Positions 1 through 13,181 are shown, numbered from the whole stretch's first letter. The stretch is 58,375 nucleotides of DNA, filler included, from Sphacelaria rigidula (GCA_964200075.2; 9 parts of 9 records of this genome joined end to end with filler, not necessarily neighbours in it), one strand, 5' to 3'. Program-made: numbers and translations. The notes: generated from the sequence alone by a model not told the origin.

Positions 1-21
1 TCCCCCCCCTCCTTCCCATTT

Positions 22-85
22 CTCCGTCTCGAAAGGGATGCGTGGTCAATGGTCAAACGACTAAGGCAAGCAACAAATGAGTACG
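22..85 (+). mobile_element. Non-LTR retroelement family A, 5'-truncated 3' end
   Basis: CTCCGTCTCGAAAGGGATGCGTGGTCAATGGTCAAACGACTAAGGCAAGCAACAAATGAGTACG recurs about 9 times in the window. Flanked by the direct repeat CCCTCCTTCCC (7-17 and 86-96). Confidence 0.8.
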
Positions 86-948
86 CCCTCCTTCCCCCTC
101 CATCTATTTTTATATGTATTTCCTCCCGCCCGGTGTACGCAGGCCACTGCTTGGTGCCCCGCTCACGTTGGGTTCATTTCATGGATGAGAGCTCATACCC
201 CCCAAAAAAATGTATCCGAAATAGCTGAGCCGCCCTCTGTTTCTACGGCTTTTTGTTGTCGATTGCGTATGGGTTGCGTGTGCCTTTTCGCCCCGAGGAG
301 GCACATGAGACGGGAAAAAAAACAAAGAATTATGCAATCGAGGACAACGATAGGGGACGAGTTTCAGAGTACGAAGGGAAAAATAAATAAAATACCGAAG
401 CCCCATCGGAGGCATTTCTGTACTATTGAACAACGGCGCGTGGCTGATCTGCTATTAGTAGTAACTCCTCGATCCATGTCTTCCGGGGAGGGTTCTCCTG
501 GGTTGCGCCAATTCTTGAACGATTCCCGGGGAACGGTCCCTCTACCTTATTTTGTCGATACCGTTATTCTGGCTGTGTTCACGTCTTTCACGATGTTTTA
601 AGGACGACGGTAGATCGACGCACCAATAAGCGTGCGTGTTTGAAACCAAAAAAAAGGGATCCTCTTGTTTTCTGGTCGATTTTTGCCGATTACGCGCTCT
701 ACGAAGGTGACGATTTACTTTTCATTCGCCCATCTTCGTGTATCGAAGCTGCCCAGTGTCTGCAGGGTTCTCACGGAGATTGCGTTTTTACATACGTCCG
801 TGCAGATATACACACATACGTATGCACATACGTACAACACAATATCAGAGATGCATGCACACATCTGATGTGATAACACAATATCGCGCATTATCCCCGC
901 ACTTTGTTATCCCGCGTGTCTTTTTGCGGCTCAATTGTTGGCCCGCAG

Positions 949-1094
949 AGGGAAGAAGCAAAGTTCTTCCGCAGTATCATCCCGCAGTACTACGAACATC
1001 ATGTCAAACACCCGGATTCCCTACTCATCCGCTTCTGCGGCATGTACCTGGTCAAGGCTGGTCGAAAGAAGATCCCGTTTATCGTCATGGAGTG
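949..1094 (+). CDS. PIP5K: Phosphatidylinositol phosphate kinase (PIP5K family), internal exon A
   Basis: Acceptor gcccgcag| at 948 and donor |gtgaga at 1095. Translates REEAKFFRSIIPQYYEHHVKHPDSLLIRFCGMYLVKAGRKKIPFIVME, matching the PIPK core (YYEH...P.SLL.RF.G...F.VM). Ends in phase 2 (TG). Confidence 0.92.
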
Positions 1095-1144
1095 GTGAGA
1101 TGGACGCGGAATGCGTCACGAACGGAAGGAAGGGATGGAGGGGG

Positions 1145-1968
1145 ACGAATTCATTCGTTGCTTGCCGTAGTCGTTTGACTATTGACCACGCATCCCTTTC
1201 GAGACGGAGCACCGTTCCCACTTCCAATAGAGACACCTCCCAACATTTAGGTGCTCAGTACATTTCTTCCATACATCCACACAAAAAACCTTTTACATAT
1301 CTTAAGCCGCTCCTTGTGACAGACAAAAATGAAATTATGGGAAAGTGCATTTTTGGAGCTTGTACGTCGTTTTACGCCCTAAAAGAGGACTAGGCGGCAA
1401 TTTTGACACCTCGGAATGACCTGCTCTACTAGTTGAGGTGGTCCCAGAACATTTCCCCGTTTTCCGGTGGCCGCAGTTTTAATTTTGGCCAAGCAAGAAG
1501 TTTTGTCCGAGAATGGCCAAGTCCAGAGCAAAGTGGCGATTTTTCTCTAGATTTGACTGTTTTTGACCGTTCTTGGACCAAAGTTCTTGTGTGGCCAAAA
1601 TAAAATCTGCTGCCACCGGAGAAGGAGAAGATGTTCAGGAACCGCCTCAACGAGTAGAGCAAGTCATTTCCAGGTGTCCCATTCCGCCAAGCTCTCTTTT
1701 AGGGCGTAAAACGGCGTAGAAGCTCCAAAAAGGCACTTTACTTTTCCAGATTTTATGTCAAGGCCTTATCCCCGTCCTGTTTCGCCGCTGTGGCCACCAC
1801 CCGTCTCCTAGTACAGCCATCGTTTTTTCTCTGCTGTTTAAGGCATCAAATGATTTCATGCCAACTTCGTTCAGGTTCCGCATTCCCCTCTCTGGCACAT
1901 CCCGTTCCTCCTTGTATCGTTCACGTTGGGCCACTATAAGAGTTCTGCTCTCTATTGCTTTGCCACGA
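1145..1968 (-). mobile_element. LINE family A fragment interrupted by a MITE
   Basis: Reverse complement of the 3' part of the 20192-21035 copy. Split at TTA by the MITE at 1305-1765. Confidence 0.8.
1305..1765. mobile_element. PIF/Harbinger (Tourist-like) foldback MITE
   Basis: Long imperfect inverted arms (~1345-1500 vs ~1580-1740) and a TTA duplication at 1302-1304/1766-1768. The empty site (..acatgtcTTAtccccgtcc..) is visible in the uninterrupted LINE copy near 20870-20895. Arms are related to 13872-14344 and 46947-47419. Confidence 0.8.
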
Positions 1969-3102
1969 GGGGGGGGGGGGGGGGGGGGGGGGAAAAGGGG
2001 GGGGGGGGGGGGGGTGTTTTTTTTTAAAATTTTTTTCACCCACGATTTTCTGTTGGGGGGTTTTTGCNNNNNNNNNNGTCTGTTTTTGGTTTTGTCTCTG
2101 GTGTGCGGCGTGTTTGTGCGGGGGGTTGGGGGGGGGGGGGGGGGGGGGGGGGGGTGTTGCAATAAGGGAGTTGCAGTGGAGCTGTTCTGTTCTAAAATAT
2201 TTCTACACCACGTATTACGGTTTCGGGGTCTTTGCACCACTCATAGCAGTATGCGACGTCGAATTTTGTAAAATCTGAGTCAGTAGTTATATCGCTAGCC
2301 AGGAAACGGGAGACAGAAATCGCACGGGATCAGCGCGCCTCTTGACAAATGCAAGATGAGCAATTCGGTTGGTTACGATGCTTGAGAAGAAAAATCTCCG
2401 GCTTTTGTTTCGGCCGTGGAGTGTCTCCTTGATGTGCTGCTGGAAGGGGAGGTCGCGTGTCCCGCGTGAGGTGTGGGCCGGAGCGTCGTACTTTCGATTG
2501 TGCTGCTGGTCTGGAGGGAGGCATACCCCGGCTATGGGCGATCGGGCCACGCTCCGCTGTCGTTTTCGGCGTTTTGTGCTTGCTTGTTGAGACAACGCTT
2601 GGCGAGTCGATGCAGTGCGGTAGAGTCGTCTAGTTGTATGTGAGCGATGCTACGGTAGGGGTTGCAAATTTCGTTTCTGGATCTCTTTTTTTGTAGGAGC
2701 CAAAATACATGGGATTACTGCGCAATCCAAATCTCCGAAGATCGGACTCCCCGAAACATGGTGTTTGCACACAGGAGCCTTTTCGTGAATCGGCATCATT
2801 TTGAGTCTTTTTCACGGAAAAGTGATGCTGATTCTCAAAATGACCCGTCCGACCCTCCGAGTAGCCCCGAGAAACGTTTTCGATTAAAAAAAGTGCAACC
2901 CCTACCGCAGCATTGCCCATGTCCATCCCCCCTTTTTCTATGTTTTCTATTCTAGTCGGACTTCCAAAGCGTGGTCCGTTCCCTTCCTCGTGAGACAAGT
3001 CCGTAGGTGGTAGCCTGAGGGGATTATCCCGTTTCTCCCACGCCCCGAACTTTGCGCTTCTGAGGGTCTGCGTTGGTTTGCATCACGACGCTGGAAAAAT
3101 TT

Positions 3103-3365
3103 CACGGTTCGGACGAATCATCGCCTGTTCGAATCACCAAATCCACGATTATTCGGGCCTGGTTGCTCGGAAAAGATGAAAAAAATTGACCGCTGGTAAA
3201 AAAAAGTCTGCACGCAATTTTTGCGCCATTTCAGGTGCCTGGGCTGCGCGTACTGTACCTGGGTTGAAACGTTGAAAACAAAACCTGAGGATTGATTCGT
3301 ACAGTACGAATCAATCACACTGAAATCAAGTGATTTTCAGACAATAATTCATTCGTCCAACCCTC
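3103..3365. mobile_element. Small MITE with ACGGTT(C/A)GGACGAAT-type TIRs
   Basis: Ends acggttcggacgaat...attcgtccaaccct. Related ends occur at ~12835-12896 and ~45320-45382. TSD not clear. Confidence 0.6.
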
Positions 3366-3469
3366 GAAAATCTGCCATTTACTGCGTAAGGTATGCAACC
3401 AGGTTACCAGGGTTTTTTTTCTGGCTTGTATGTGTTTTTTTTTTTTTGCGGTAGTCATGATGGTATGTC

Positions 3470-3839
3470 ATCCTGTGAGGAGTGGAGAACCTCAACTCCG
3501 CGCAAAGGAGATTGTCATACTCCGTAGTGTTCACCTGGTGAGACATGCATGAGACAGTTGTGTGTCCCGTGGCTGTCTCTGGAAGTGGCGACACCAGAAA
3601 AGGAAGCAACGCATTCGAGGCTGTCATCCATGTTGCAACAGAAGTAGTACGCTTCGGATCGAACAATCTTCGCAGGGTGCAGCTCACCCTTCGTGCGACT
3701 CGCCGAACACGTCACGGCGCTTCGCGCTCGGTGAATAACTGCAAGCCAGATCCGGCAAAAATCCGGCGTGCTCCGTGCTGGCTTTGCAGGGATGCGAGTT
3801 CAATGACCTTATGCCAGCGGCATACAAGATCATGAGAAT
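3470..3839 (+). mobile_element. Non-LTR retroelement family B, 3' portion
   Basis: Visibly homologous to 37730-38113, 44109-44480(-) and 45858-46242. Ends GATCATGAG.. directly before a C-run. Confidence 0.75.
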
Positions 3840-4193
3840 CCCCCCCCCCCCCGTATGTTCACGCGTGAGACTTTGTTATATTCTCGCGCGTTAGATTGGA
3901 CGTGAGCACCACCCCGCCCGTACTGAGTGGACCTTGTCAAATTTCCCTGCCGTTGCTGTTACTCACGTCCTTGAGTTTTTCAGACGAAAATGGGATATTT
4001 GTTCAAAAACAACAGAAATACAAATGCATCTGCCGGGATTTGAGCCCTGCATCTAAACCTTCAGCCGTGACGAGCTTTTTTCATTCGTACCAAGTGCATC
4101 TATATGTACATATATAAATCTACATGGCGTTCCGTGCGAGTTCAGGTTTCCTTACACTGTGAGCAAAATGGACCCCGTCTTCGCTGTCTCCAT

Positions 4194-4546
4194 CCTCTAT
4201 GTCGTTGGTCGACCGTTTCCATGGTTGATGTTACTCTTTTATTTTTTTCGAACCGTGAGGCTGTGAACCCTCAACCCTCAACCCCAACAAAATCGGGTAT
4301 CAATGCTGAGTACCCTCGGGCAGGGGAGGAGGAAGGGGTGCTTGTGGCGCCCTAGGCAAAATGCGTGCCCAACCTCTGTTTTGTTGTTCGACCATTTCCA
4401 TGGTTGATTCACTCTTTTTTATTTTTCGCACCGTGAGGCTGAGAATCCTCAACCCTTTCCCCAACAAAATCGGGTATACATGCCGAGTACCCTCGGGCAG
4501 GGGAGAGGGGAAGGGTGCTTGTGGTGTCCTATGCGAAGTGCGTGCG
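4194..4546. repeat. Diverged tandem duplication, ~179-bp unit x2
   Basis: Both units contain ttccatggttgat...accgtgaggctg...ccccaacaaaatcgggtat...gagtaccctcgggcagggga...gggtgcttgtgg. Confidence 0.85.
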
Positions 4547-4889
4547 TTGACAGAGTTGCTGACAAAGATCGGCGTCTACGGTACCCGTTTGAGCGAAAAA
4601 TGCGTGCTACAGACGTCAAGAGGTCAGGACATACACATCACCCAGATTGGTACTGTCAGCCCCAGGCCCCCGAAAGGTCCGAATGTGTGGCGATTAAAAG
4701 TCTACACTTGGAAACAAAACTTTTTTTTTGTATTGTTGAATCTTACTGTTTTTCAACCATGAGTTATTTCTGTCGGACCAACCAGTTCACATAAAATTAT
4801 TTTCTGTACACTGGTTTGTGTGTTCCGTTTGTTGTTTGTTGTTCGTTGTTGTTTTTGTGTACCTGGCCGGCCCCTGACTGCTGCTTTAG

Positions 4890-5052
4890 CGTGGAAGGAG
4901 GAACAACGATGAAGGTGCACACCAAGTTCGACCTTAAAGGTTCCACCGTGCACCGTACGGCCAAAGAGGGAGAGAAGGTGCTGAAGGACAATAACATGAG
5001 GAAGAGCGAGACCAAGATACATCTGGGTTCTCAGCGAGACGCGTTTCTCAAG
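4890..5052 (+). CDS. PIP5K: PIP5K family kinase, internal exon B (DLKGS motif)
   Basis: Branch point ctgac, acceptor tttag| at 4889, donor |gtgaga at 5053. First base C completes TG+C=Cys from exon A. Translates VEGGTTMKVHTKFDLKGSTVHRTAKEGEKVLKDNNMRKSETKIHLGSQRDAFLK; DLKGS and LKD are PIPK signatures. Other exons lie outside this scaffold or were not found. Confidence 0.93.
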
Positions 5053-5094
5053 GTGAGATGGACACGTGCCGACAGCGTGAACGGCGTGAGGCGA

Positions 5095-5095
<1 letters not shown>

Positions 5096-5127
<32 letters not shown>

Positions 5128-5142
5128 GTTGTTGTTGTTGTT
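5096..5142. repeat. Compound (TG)n-(TTG)n microsatellite
   Basis: Direct reading. Confidence 0.95.
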
Positions 5143-6210
5143 GGATTTATATGAACCCTGTTGATGGTCATGTGCGTCGCGTAATGGCACACGGCATAGC
5201 TTGAATGAAGAACTGTAGCCGCTCATCAGCTGAGCACGTTGTGCGTAACCTTGCACAAAATTGTTTCAGAATACGATGAGAAAAGGTGTTTTGTGTGAGA
5301 CGCGCGCACAGCACATGCACGGAAAGGGTCAGCACCCGTTCTAGTGATGTCGGATCAAATTTGGATGAAAAGAGTGTTCGTTGCTGTGTCTCAGAGATTT
5401 TCCCGGAGATGTCGGAGTCGTACGGAGCAGATACCCGACACGAAATCATTTTAATCCATTTTGTAAGCGGGCCACGATTTGCCCTTCAACCCGAGTGGAG
5501 AAGGGAAAAGATACTGCAATGACCAAGCTGACCGTTTCGGGTATGATGCGGATTCTTATATTTCTCGGTCAAGATGATACCGAATTCTGAAGGAGATGAC
5601 TTGCGGTATGTACTCGCGTAGACGACACGAGCACGTTCTTGCTGAGGACAGGATCTTTCATGTTGTCTTCCCCTTGTCCAAAAACAAAAAATAAACCAAA
5701 CAACCAAGATCCAAACATTTATTATTATCGTATTTTTAATTTCCTCGGTATCCAGTCCCTCGGTGTCGGTAACCAACATGGGATATCCATCTATATATCT
5801 ATATATATATATCTATATGTATGTTACATCGTTGGGCATAGAAGGCGTATTGCTATTTAAGTTCGTGCGTGCGTTCGTTGGTCCTTTGGTGGCGAAATCG
5901 TCTTGGTTTCAGTATACTGCGATCGTTTTGGAACACGAGGGTTTTTGTCTAGATAGCAGCGCATGGCGCGCCACGTCCTGGCGCAGTGGAAAGGATTATT
6001 GACATCCATTCAACGGTGAAATCATGTCGGTTATTTCGAACAGATACAATAGATACACATGTCCACCACCCACAAGGTGAAGGAGGGTAGTTTTTTTTCT
6101 CATACGGATGAATACAGATGTCGATATCATCCACAACAGCGCTGTGCGTGTGTGATCCTGATGAGCGATGCCGTCATGTTACCCCCTCCCACCCTCCCAC
6201 CCTCCCCCAC

Positions 6211-6271
6211 CGCCTCGAAAGGGATGCGTGGTCAATGGTCAAACGACTAAGGCAAGCAACAAATGAGTACG
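6211..6271 (+). mobile_element. Family A 3' end
   Basis: Same ~60-nt tail, with C-rich tracts on both sides. Confidence 0.8.
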
Positions 6272-6398
6272 CCTCCCCCCCACCCTAAAAAAAAACTATT
6301 CTTGGGATGCACACATAAAGAAAGTAATAGAGAAGGGTGAGGCACAGATAGGCAGGTGGGACGGGATCCTCCGAGACCCGCGCCCAGACACTAGGATC

Positions 6399-6498
6399 NN
6401 NNNNNNNNNNNNNNNNNNNNNNNNNNNNNNNNNNNNNNNNNNTTAATTAATTAANNNNNNNNNNNNNNNNNNNNNNNNNNNNNNNNNNNNNNNNNNNN
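6399..6498. other. Artificial scaffold spacer N44-TTAATTAATTAA-N44 (also at 12897, 19395, 25892, 32389, 38886, 45383, 51880)
   Basis: Eight identical 100-bp spacers. The palindromic linker places TAA stops on both strands. Confidence 0.98.
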
Positions 6499-6618
6499 GG
6501 TCATCATCCAGGATCCACTATATACTCAACCGTGACGGCGTGATTTCGCCACAGGGCTTATCTAATCGCTGAGAGGAGGTACATGATTTATTTTTGAATT
6601 TATTTTTTTGAGGGCATA

Positions 6619-7216
6619 CTTCCTCCGTCTCATACGTCTGGGAAGTTATTTTTGTACGAGCCCTTAACGGTGTCCGATTTGATTTTGGATTTTTTTATTG
6701 CATTCGTTGGCATTTCTTTAGCTAAGAACAACGCTTTTCCTGCAACGTGGGTGCTCGATGCGTGCAGTCTCGCGGTCGAGAAAAAGCAGGTCAGCCAAAA
6801 TACGGCATTTTCCGCTCTTTTTCCCAGTAAGCATGGGGGATCCGGGAACACGAAAAATCGCGAAAGACGTGGGGAAAAAACTTGAAAATCACGAAAGGAC
6901 CATCGATTTTGGATATCTCCGTGACGTTGACCTACGCACACCCCATCACACATATTTTCAGCATATAATCGCTGGTGTTTGACGTAAAAACGTCCGAATT
7001 GGTCAATATTAGGGTATACGTGGACAAAAATGGGCTAAAATGGGCAAATTTTGACGTCATTTTTAGTATGGACAATCAAGTTTTTTTATTTTATTTTGCA
7101 TCAACTTCGTTGGCGATTCACCCTTCCAGCGAAACCAACGGTAGGATGATCGGAACAGTTTGAATGCGCAAACGATTCAAAGCCCATAACTTCCCAGACT
7201 TATGAGACAGAGGAAG
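6619..7216. mobile_element. Stowaway-like (Tc1/mariner) MITE
   Basis: TA|CTTCCTCCGTCTCATACGTCTGGGAAGTTAT ... ATAACTTCCCAGACTTATGAGACAGAGGAAG|TA: ~31-bp TIR, TA TSD, and a terminus resembling the Stowaway CTCCCTCCGT consensus. Confidence 0.85.
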
Positions 7217-10000
7217 TATGTATGGTAATCTATCAAACATTCAGGGGGGACATGCTTCAAAAAGTAGAGGTGTATGTAGTGACCTCTGTGGTTCAACTCT
7301 CGTGTCAAGTAGCAATTTGCGAGTTGACAGTTTGTGTGAACGATGTTCTATTCGTGAATTTTCCAGGGTATATACATCATCTCATGCCACGGGTGACTAT
7401 ACGGTTCACAGACCCTTTCAGGAGGACTTCGTCGCACATTGTTACTGTTCGTTTTTTCTACAGGGTTCATTTATGTCTACAGAGCTCATGAAATTTGATG
7501 CCTATACATGTAGCGCATACACTCATACGTGTGCATGCGGGTGAACATTTTCAGGTCAGACTAGTTCGGACTAACGTTTGTTGAAAAAATGACAGCACAG
7601 TAGTATAAACGAGGAATGATACAACAGTTGATCCATGTTGTTTATTTTTGTCTGGCTGCATTGCTTACTATTACACGGAGTGTGTTGAGTATACTAATTT
7701 TCTTCGGTAGCAACATCTCATTAATGGGGAGGTGTTGCAAAAATCTAGACGATACAATCTATATTTATCACGTTTGAATAAAGTCGTTGCAACAAAGATA
7801 AGCAGTACAACCTGTTGCGGTTCAACGAAACTACGAACCATGTAAAACCGTTTCATTTCTATCTTTGTCATGCAGAGTACCTATTTTGTGCTGATTTATA
7901 GTCTACTTGTTTGGATGACGTTTCAAGTAGGATTTTGCTGGAGCAGGCGCGTTGCCATAATTTGTCAATGAAAGATCAGAGTATTTAGGCCACGCAAGCT
8001 GAAAGATATCTTGTGTGCGATGTTACAGTTGATCTAAGCTCAAGAGCTGGCAAGGCTACCGCGTAAGAAGCAGAAACGTTGAATTGGATTATACTATTTG
8101 ATCCCCCGTACGTGTAGAAGTCTTTGCCTTTTGTTCCAGGATTGAGTATGCTTGGATTCGGTAGTCTCTACCGCCCTTGCAATCACTCTCCCAAGCTTAC
8201 CCAGCTCCCCTTCGTTTCCTCAGCCCTCTGCTTGCAAAAGAGGCTGCTTGATCTTGTTCGGCCGAGTGAAGAGCCCCATACACCATTTGCCTTTTCTGAC
8301 TTTCTGTCTGCTGCAGAGGCAAGTGGTTGTACTACCACTGTGCAACCTCTGCCATACTACTGCCCCCGTGACAGTAGTCGGTCTGTTTGGAGAAGAGTTA
8401 CAAACACCACGAGCCAATATTTGCAACAAAATCAGTCCTTATTATTGCCCATATCCTCGGTTGGATGACAAGATTCCGTGGCAACCACGCATACAACATT
8501 ACTTCGCTGGCGTGAGGCACGTCACTGCAGTGACGAACTGTATATTGTACTCTCCCACGCAATAATCAAGAGGAAAAACTCCGATGGGCTACCACCCAAG
8601 CAAAGACACGCCAGTGAAAGCAAACTACGCCGAAAACGCACAAATGTATACATGCATATATCCAAGTATATGCCGGTAGGTAAATATACTAATGCTGAGG
8701 TAGCCGCTTCGAAGGGGGAACGTGAACGACTCGGTATCACATGACACTGAAGCGCACTTCCTGCCTCCTTACAGTACCTGTAGACATTCTGAAAATCGTG
8801 ATGGCATTGAAATCTGTGCACGTTTTGACGTTGGAACCTGTTTGAGAGGGGGTGGAGAGTCGGAAGATCCACCTACCGAAACCGCAAACACCCTCCGACG
8901 AGAAAAAAATGGTTTGCACTCGATTCAAGAAATGGAGGGGCTTCAAAGTTCAGCTTCGTTTTTCCCGGGTCCCGAATGTTCTTGGTAAAACAATTCGCCG
9001 TTAAGTCATCAACCGACGTTTCTTCTGCTTAAGCAAGTACAAAATGAGAAGAAATAGCTCGTGTACATTCATCTTCAAATACCCCTTCACCACCCTACAC
9101 AATGATGAAATTAGTTTGTGCGCACTTATTCGCGACCCCAAATAACTCCAAAACCATCAACCATCATCCGTACACACACAGCGCTGAGCAAACAACAATA
9201 CCGCCACTTCACGAACTCCTCTCCTCTAAGACACCTGTCCTGCGCCCACAGCCATCAGTAGGACCACGAATGCTCACTGATACAGCACCCTCACTCAAAC
9301 AGAACCAAAGGACAAGAAGGCAGAGGGAAGTGGTATGGATTTCCTTCACCTCAATTGTGGCAAACGCGACACCCCCCGGGCAGCATTATTACCCCACTCA
9401 CAGCGCACCTCCCCTTCCTAGTTGCCCATGCCCCTTCTTCACGGTAGGTTGAGTTAAGTGTCCGCAGTCAACTATTTCGACGTTTTGTCGAGTTGCGGGG
9501 TATGCTGAAGTATAATCGAAAACATGAGAATGATACTTTCGTGCTAACATTCCAACGCAGTGCAATAGCACGGCCTGCTGCATACAGGTTACAAACGAGT
9601 ATATATCGCCAAAATAAAACATCATTCACCATTGTTCAAACAAAAACCGATGTGGTATCAATGTGTTGCGAAGAAAACGAACCTCGAACACACATATAAA
9701 ACGTAGAGACACTAAACAAATTGGGAATAGCGATGAATCATAGACTAACAACTAGCCGAACAAGCCCCCGCCTATCGTGTATGCCTTTGAGTTGAGTCAG
9801 GAGTCACATACGTCCATAGTAAACCTATTTCGCAGCAGCTACATGTGTCTTGGCCGAAATCCCCACCCTCCCGTCGAACCCACCCGGTGTGCGGCATGTA
9901 AAATGAGCGAAGAACCTGACAATCCAACCGGGGTCATCATTCTTGCGCCCACATCAGCGGTCGGGTGAGTCTCATGAAGTACCATCCTTGTGGCGTCCAT

Positions 10001-10083
10001 TACGGGGGCGACGTTCAGTGCGGGGGCGACCTTTGCGGGGGCGACCTTCTGTGCGGGGGCGACCTTCTGTGCGGGGGCGACCT
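10001..10083. repeat. GC-rich minisatellite, ~18-bp unit (GCGGGGGCGACCTTCTGT), ~5 copies
   Basis: Direct reading. Confidence 0.9.
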
Positions 10084-10954
10084 CCTTGGCGCGGACGGTG
10101 TCCATTGCGAGGATCGCGTTTGATGCCGGGGTGGCGTTTTGTGCGAGGATGACGTCGTGATTTTTCGGGAAATTCTCCGTCGTCGATCTTTTCGTTCATG
10201 CACGACTCCGTCTCTCGTATCCCATCCTGCATGATTTGCAAAGCGAAGCGAGGGGAGCGCAGGCATGATGGTGAAAGGGGAGGGGAGGGTGGCGGTTGTA
10301 CATTTTCTCTTTTTCTTACACTTTCAACGCCACTTTCCTTCCTTGAGAAGAGTCCGTCGTCTCAAAAGGATCGAGCCATCTCTCGCCCGCTTTACGCCTG
10401 AAATATCGGTATTGCGGATTGGATCATGACCAACACTCCCGCACCGCGCCGACTCTGGTCAAAATAAATCCGTTTCTTGTGTTAACGTTTTCACGATTTT
10501 CAACGACGGAAACCTGATGCCTTTTGTTTGAGAAAAAAGCAACCGAATGCATCAGCCCGGACTCGACCCAACCCGATTTTTTCCGATGTGATGGCGACAG
10601 CGGTACAATTCGACCACCGGATTGAGGTGGCTACACTGCCACCCTGTGATGCACCATTGGCGACTGTCTCCAGTCTTCAGGTCGCTCTACTGCAGTGCTT
10701 TCTTGTTTCTTCACTGCACGTGCTGATGTATTTCTTCGCCCGAAAAAATTGGAAGATTCGAAACGAAAAGTAAAATAAATGTCGTCTTTTTCTTTCACTC
10801 CTTGAAAGTTTTATCACTGACAATGTGCACTACTACAGAGTACATGCACCGGTGACTGTTCACGACTGTTGAAAATATTCCATGAAAGAGTGTTGTTCTC
10901 GTCTCTTTGTGTTTATATTAGATGCTGAACTGCTGCGCCGAAATCATTGAATAA

Positions 10955-11789
10955 GACCGGATGTTATAGCAGCAGATCTTCGGCCCCGGATCTCTAGGGT
11001 TTGAAATAATTCGTGTGACACCCATGTTATGGGTACAGATCATTCGAAGTTTTGGGTGAAATAATCCGCGGCCAAGATTCGGGGCCCGAGTCCCACAGGT
11101 TTTTGGGCAAACTGGCGGGTGTCGGCAAGCACAGATTTTTGCACACGGGTTTTCGCGTTTTGGCCGGCAGACCGTCATAATGGGGTTACGCCGCGTTTTT
11201 CTCGAGTGTGCTGGCGTGCTGGCTGCGCCTTTGTGAGTGATCCTGTCGACAACAACCAACAACACACGAAGCAAACACACGCCGCAGCCGACGCGCCATG
11301 GAGCCCGCTTCGCTTGCTTGTACGAGACAAAAAAACGACACGCCTTGCTCGTCGGTCTCCTGGCGAAAGCATTGCAGAGACGTCAAGAGAGTAGACATGT
11401 GATGCGCCCTGTCGCTGTCTGGCGGGTAGTACTCTGATCCTTCCATGAAGGATTCAACTTCAACAGCAACGAGGGGGGGATGATCGCTTACTATTGTGCT
11501 CAAAAGAACCGGCACTGGTGTTAGTGGGGTGGCGATGACCTCCATGCGGCAGTGACGCTACATCACTACAGCACGCCACAACACACAAGACACCTACGGG
11601 ACCGTGAGCTGTTGAAACACGCTAAACATAGAACTTGAAACCCTGGTGGAGGTATACAAATCAGAACAGTATGTTATGAAAACCTGTATGCTGCCATAAT
11701 ACCGTTCCCGAAAGCAAATTTGCCGCAGATTTGTTTCACCAAAATTCAAAAATCTGTGTGCCAAAGATCTGTTGCCATAATACCCAGCC
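10955..11789. mobile_element. PIF/Harbinger-type non-autonomous DNA transposon
   Basis: TAA|gaccggatgttatagcagcagatcttcggc ... gccaaagatctgttgccataatacccagcc|TAA: ~30-bp imperfect TIR with TAA TSD. Confidence 0.7.
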
Positions 11790-11903
11790 TAACGACAGTG
11801 ATGCTGGCGGGGGCTTTTTTCTTCACATGACAGATTTCCAACACCACAACCAACCATCTTTTGTTTCAATTTCAACTTTCAGAACACCACAACAATCATA
11901 CAA

Positions 11904-12242
11904 GTGTTGGTGTGGAGCGTGTTGCCATCCCATCTATTCTGGACGCCAGTCTACACCTTTCGGTATATGTGGGCGTATCAGCCGGGATCACACACGAGGA
12001 GAGCCAACGTACGAGTTTTTTTCATCTCCTTCATTTTGTTTCAGGGCTGCACCTTCCCTCTGCGGCTCTTGTCTCATTGTATATCGCGAGAGAGGTTCAG
12101 CAATCCCTTTCCCTCGTCGGCCGTGAAGTCGAATTTTGTGTACCCACGACACAGTCGCTGTCCACTGTTAGACGTTGTGTGAGAAAAATCTTACATCGTC
12201 TAACTGCACCGAGGTTACCAACTGAGCCACCGGGGCGATCGG
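11904..12242 (-). mobile_element. tRNA-derived SINE family 1 copy
   Basis: Head ..CGCCCCGGTGGCTCAGTTGGTAACCTCG (Pol III A box), with body and CA-rich tail shared with the other copies. The B-box region is deleted in this copy. Confidence 0.8.
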
Positions 12243-13181
12243 CAATGAAAACCAGGATCACATTCTCTCCGCGCGAAAAAAAGCACGTTCACTTCATTGT
12301 CAACAGTTTCGGAACTGTTTTGTCCCACTGCTCCCGCACCTCGTCACGCACGTACCCTCTACCCTGTGGCCAATGGTCCTATGACTACGGCTTGCAATAT
12401 CATGAGTACGCCCCCCCCGCCCTAATCCTGTACTTTCTGGGAGGGGGGGGGGAGGGGGAGGGGGGCGTACTCATTTGTTGCTTGGCTTCGTCGTTGTAGC
12501 GGGGAGAGAGGAAGTGGCGAGGAGCTGCACACATGCCACACACGGCATTCTTCTGAATAACGGCTGCGAAGCTGATATTTATTCGGTATCAGGCGTCCTT
12601 GAGAAATGTCGGTGTCTTTGGGTAGAAGACTACCTTGTGTCAAGTACAAAACCGCTACGGACGATAAAATCTGCTGGATCTGTGTTTGTGGAGGAGGAGA
12701 CTAACGATGCAGCTGCAGTGTTATACACTACTACAGAGTAACGTATTGGGTACCTGTTATACATTTCCTGGTGCTCAACAGCCTCGCTTTCGTTCCTCCG
12801 TAACACTATCGATCATATGACTGTTGCAAGATTGCAAGGGTCGGACAAGTAATGATTCGTCTGGAAATTACTTGATTTTAGTGTGATGAGTCGACTNNNN
12901 NNNNNNNNNNNNNNNNNNNNNNNNNNNNNNNNNNNNNNNNTTAATTAATTAANNNNNNNNNNNNNNNNNNNNNNNNNNNNNNNNNNNNNNNNNNNNGGCT
13001 CCGATGTGGTTCTCAATTCAACTCGAGACGTAAGTCTACATGAATTGAAGACTTTGGATTTCAAGATTTTAATTGAACGGCTTTCGATCGTCGCTCTTTC
13101 GTGCAGCTTTCAAGCAACCGCAATAACGTTGCACCCGTTTACACGACAGGTGTTCATCTACACGCCACAAACTTTTCCCAC

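Noticed and set aside
1968..2140. Long G-runs with an apparent local duplication around an N10 gap (also 23709-23860)
   Set aside because: The sequence after each G-run is an error-ridden copy of the sequence beyond the gap, consistent with low-quality reads after homopolymers. G-run lengths are unreliable.
6443..6454. Periodic TTAATTAATTAA palindrome every ~6.5 kb
   Set aside because: Always centred in N44/N44; it is a synthetic scaffold linker.
7500..9700. Possible decayed transposase or viral insert (likewise 26200-27050 and 47600-48300)
   Set aside because: Only short ORFs without diagnostic motifs; not assignable from sequence alone.
9839..10266. ORFs with KVAPAQ / RRSPPH repeats
   Set aside because: Explained by the 18-bp GC-rich minisatellite being open in several frames.
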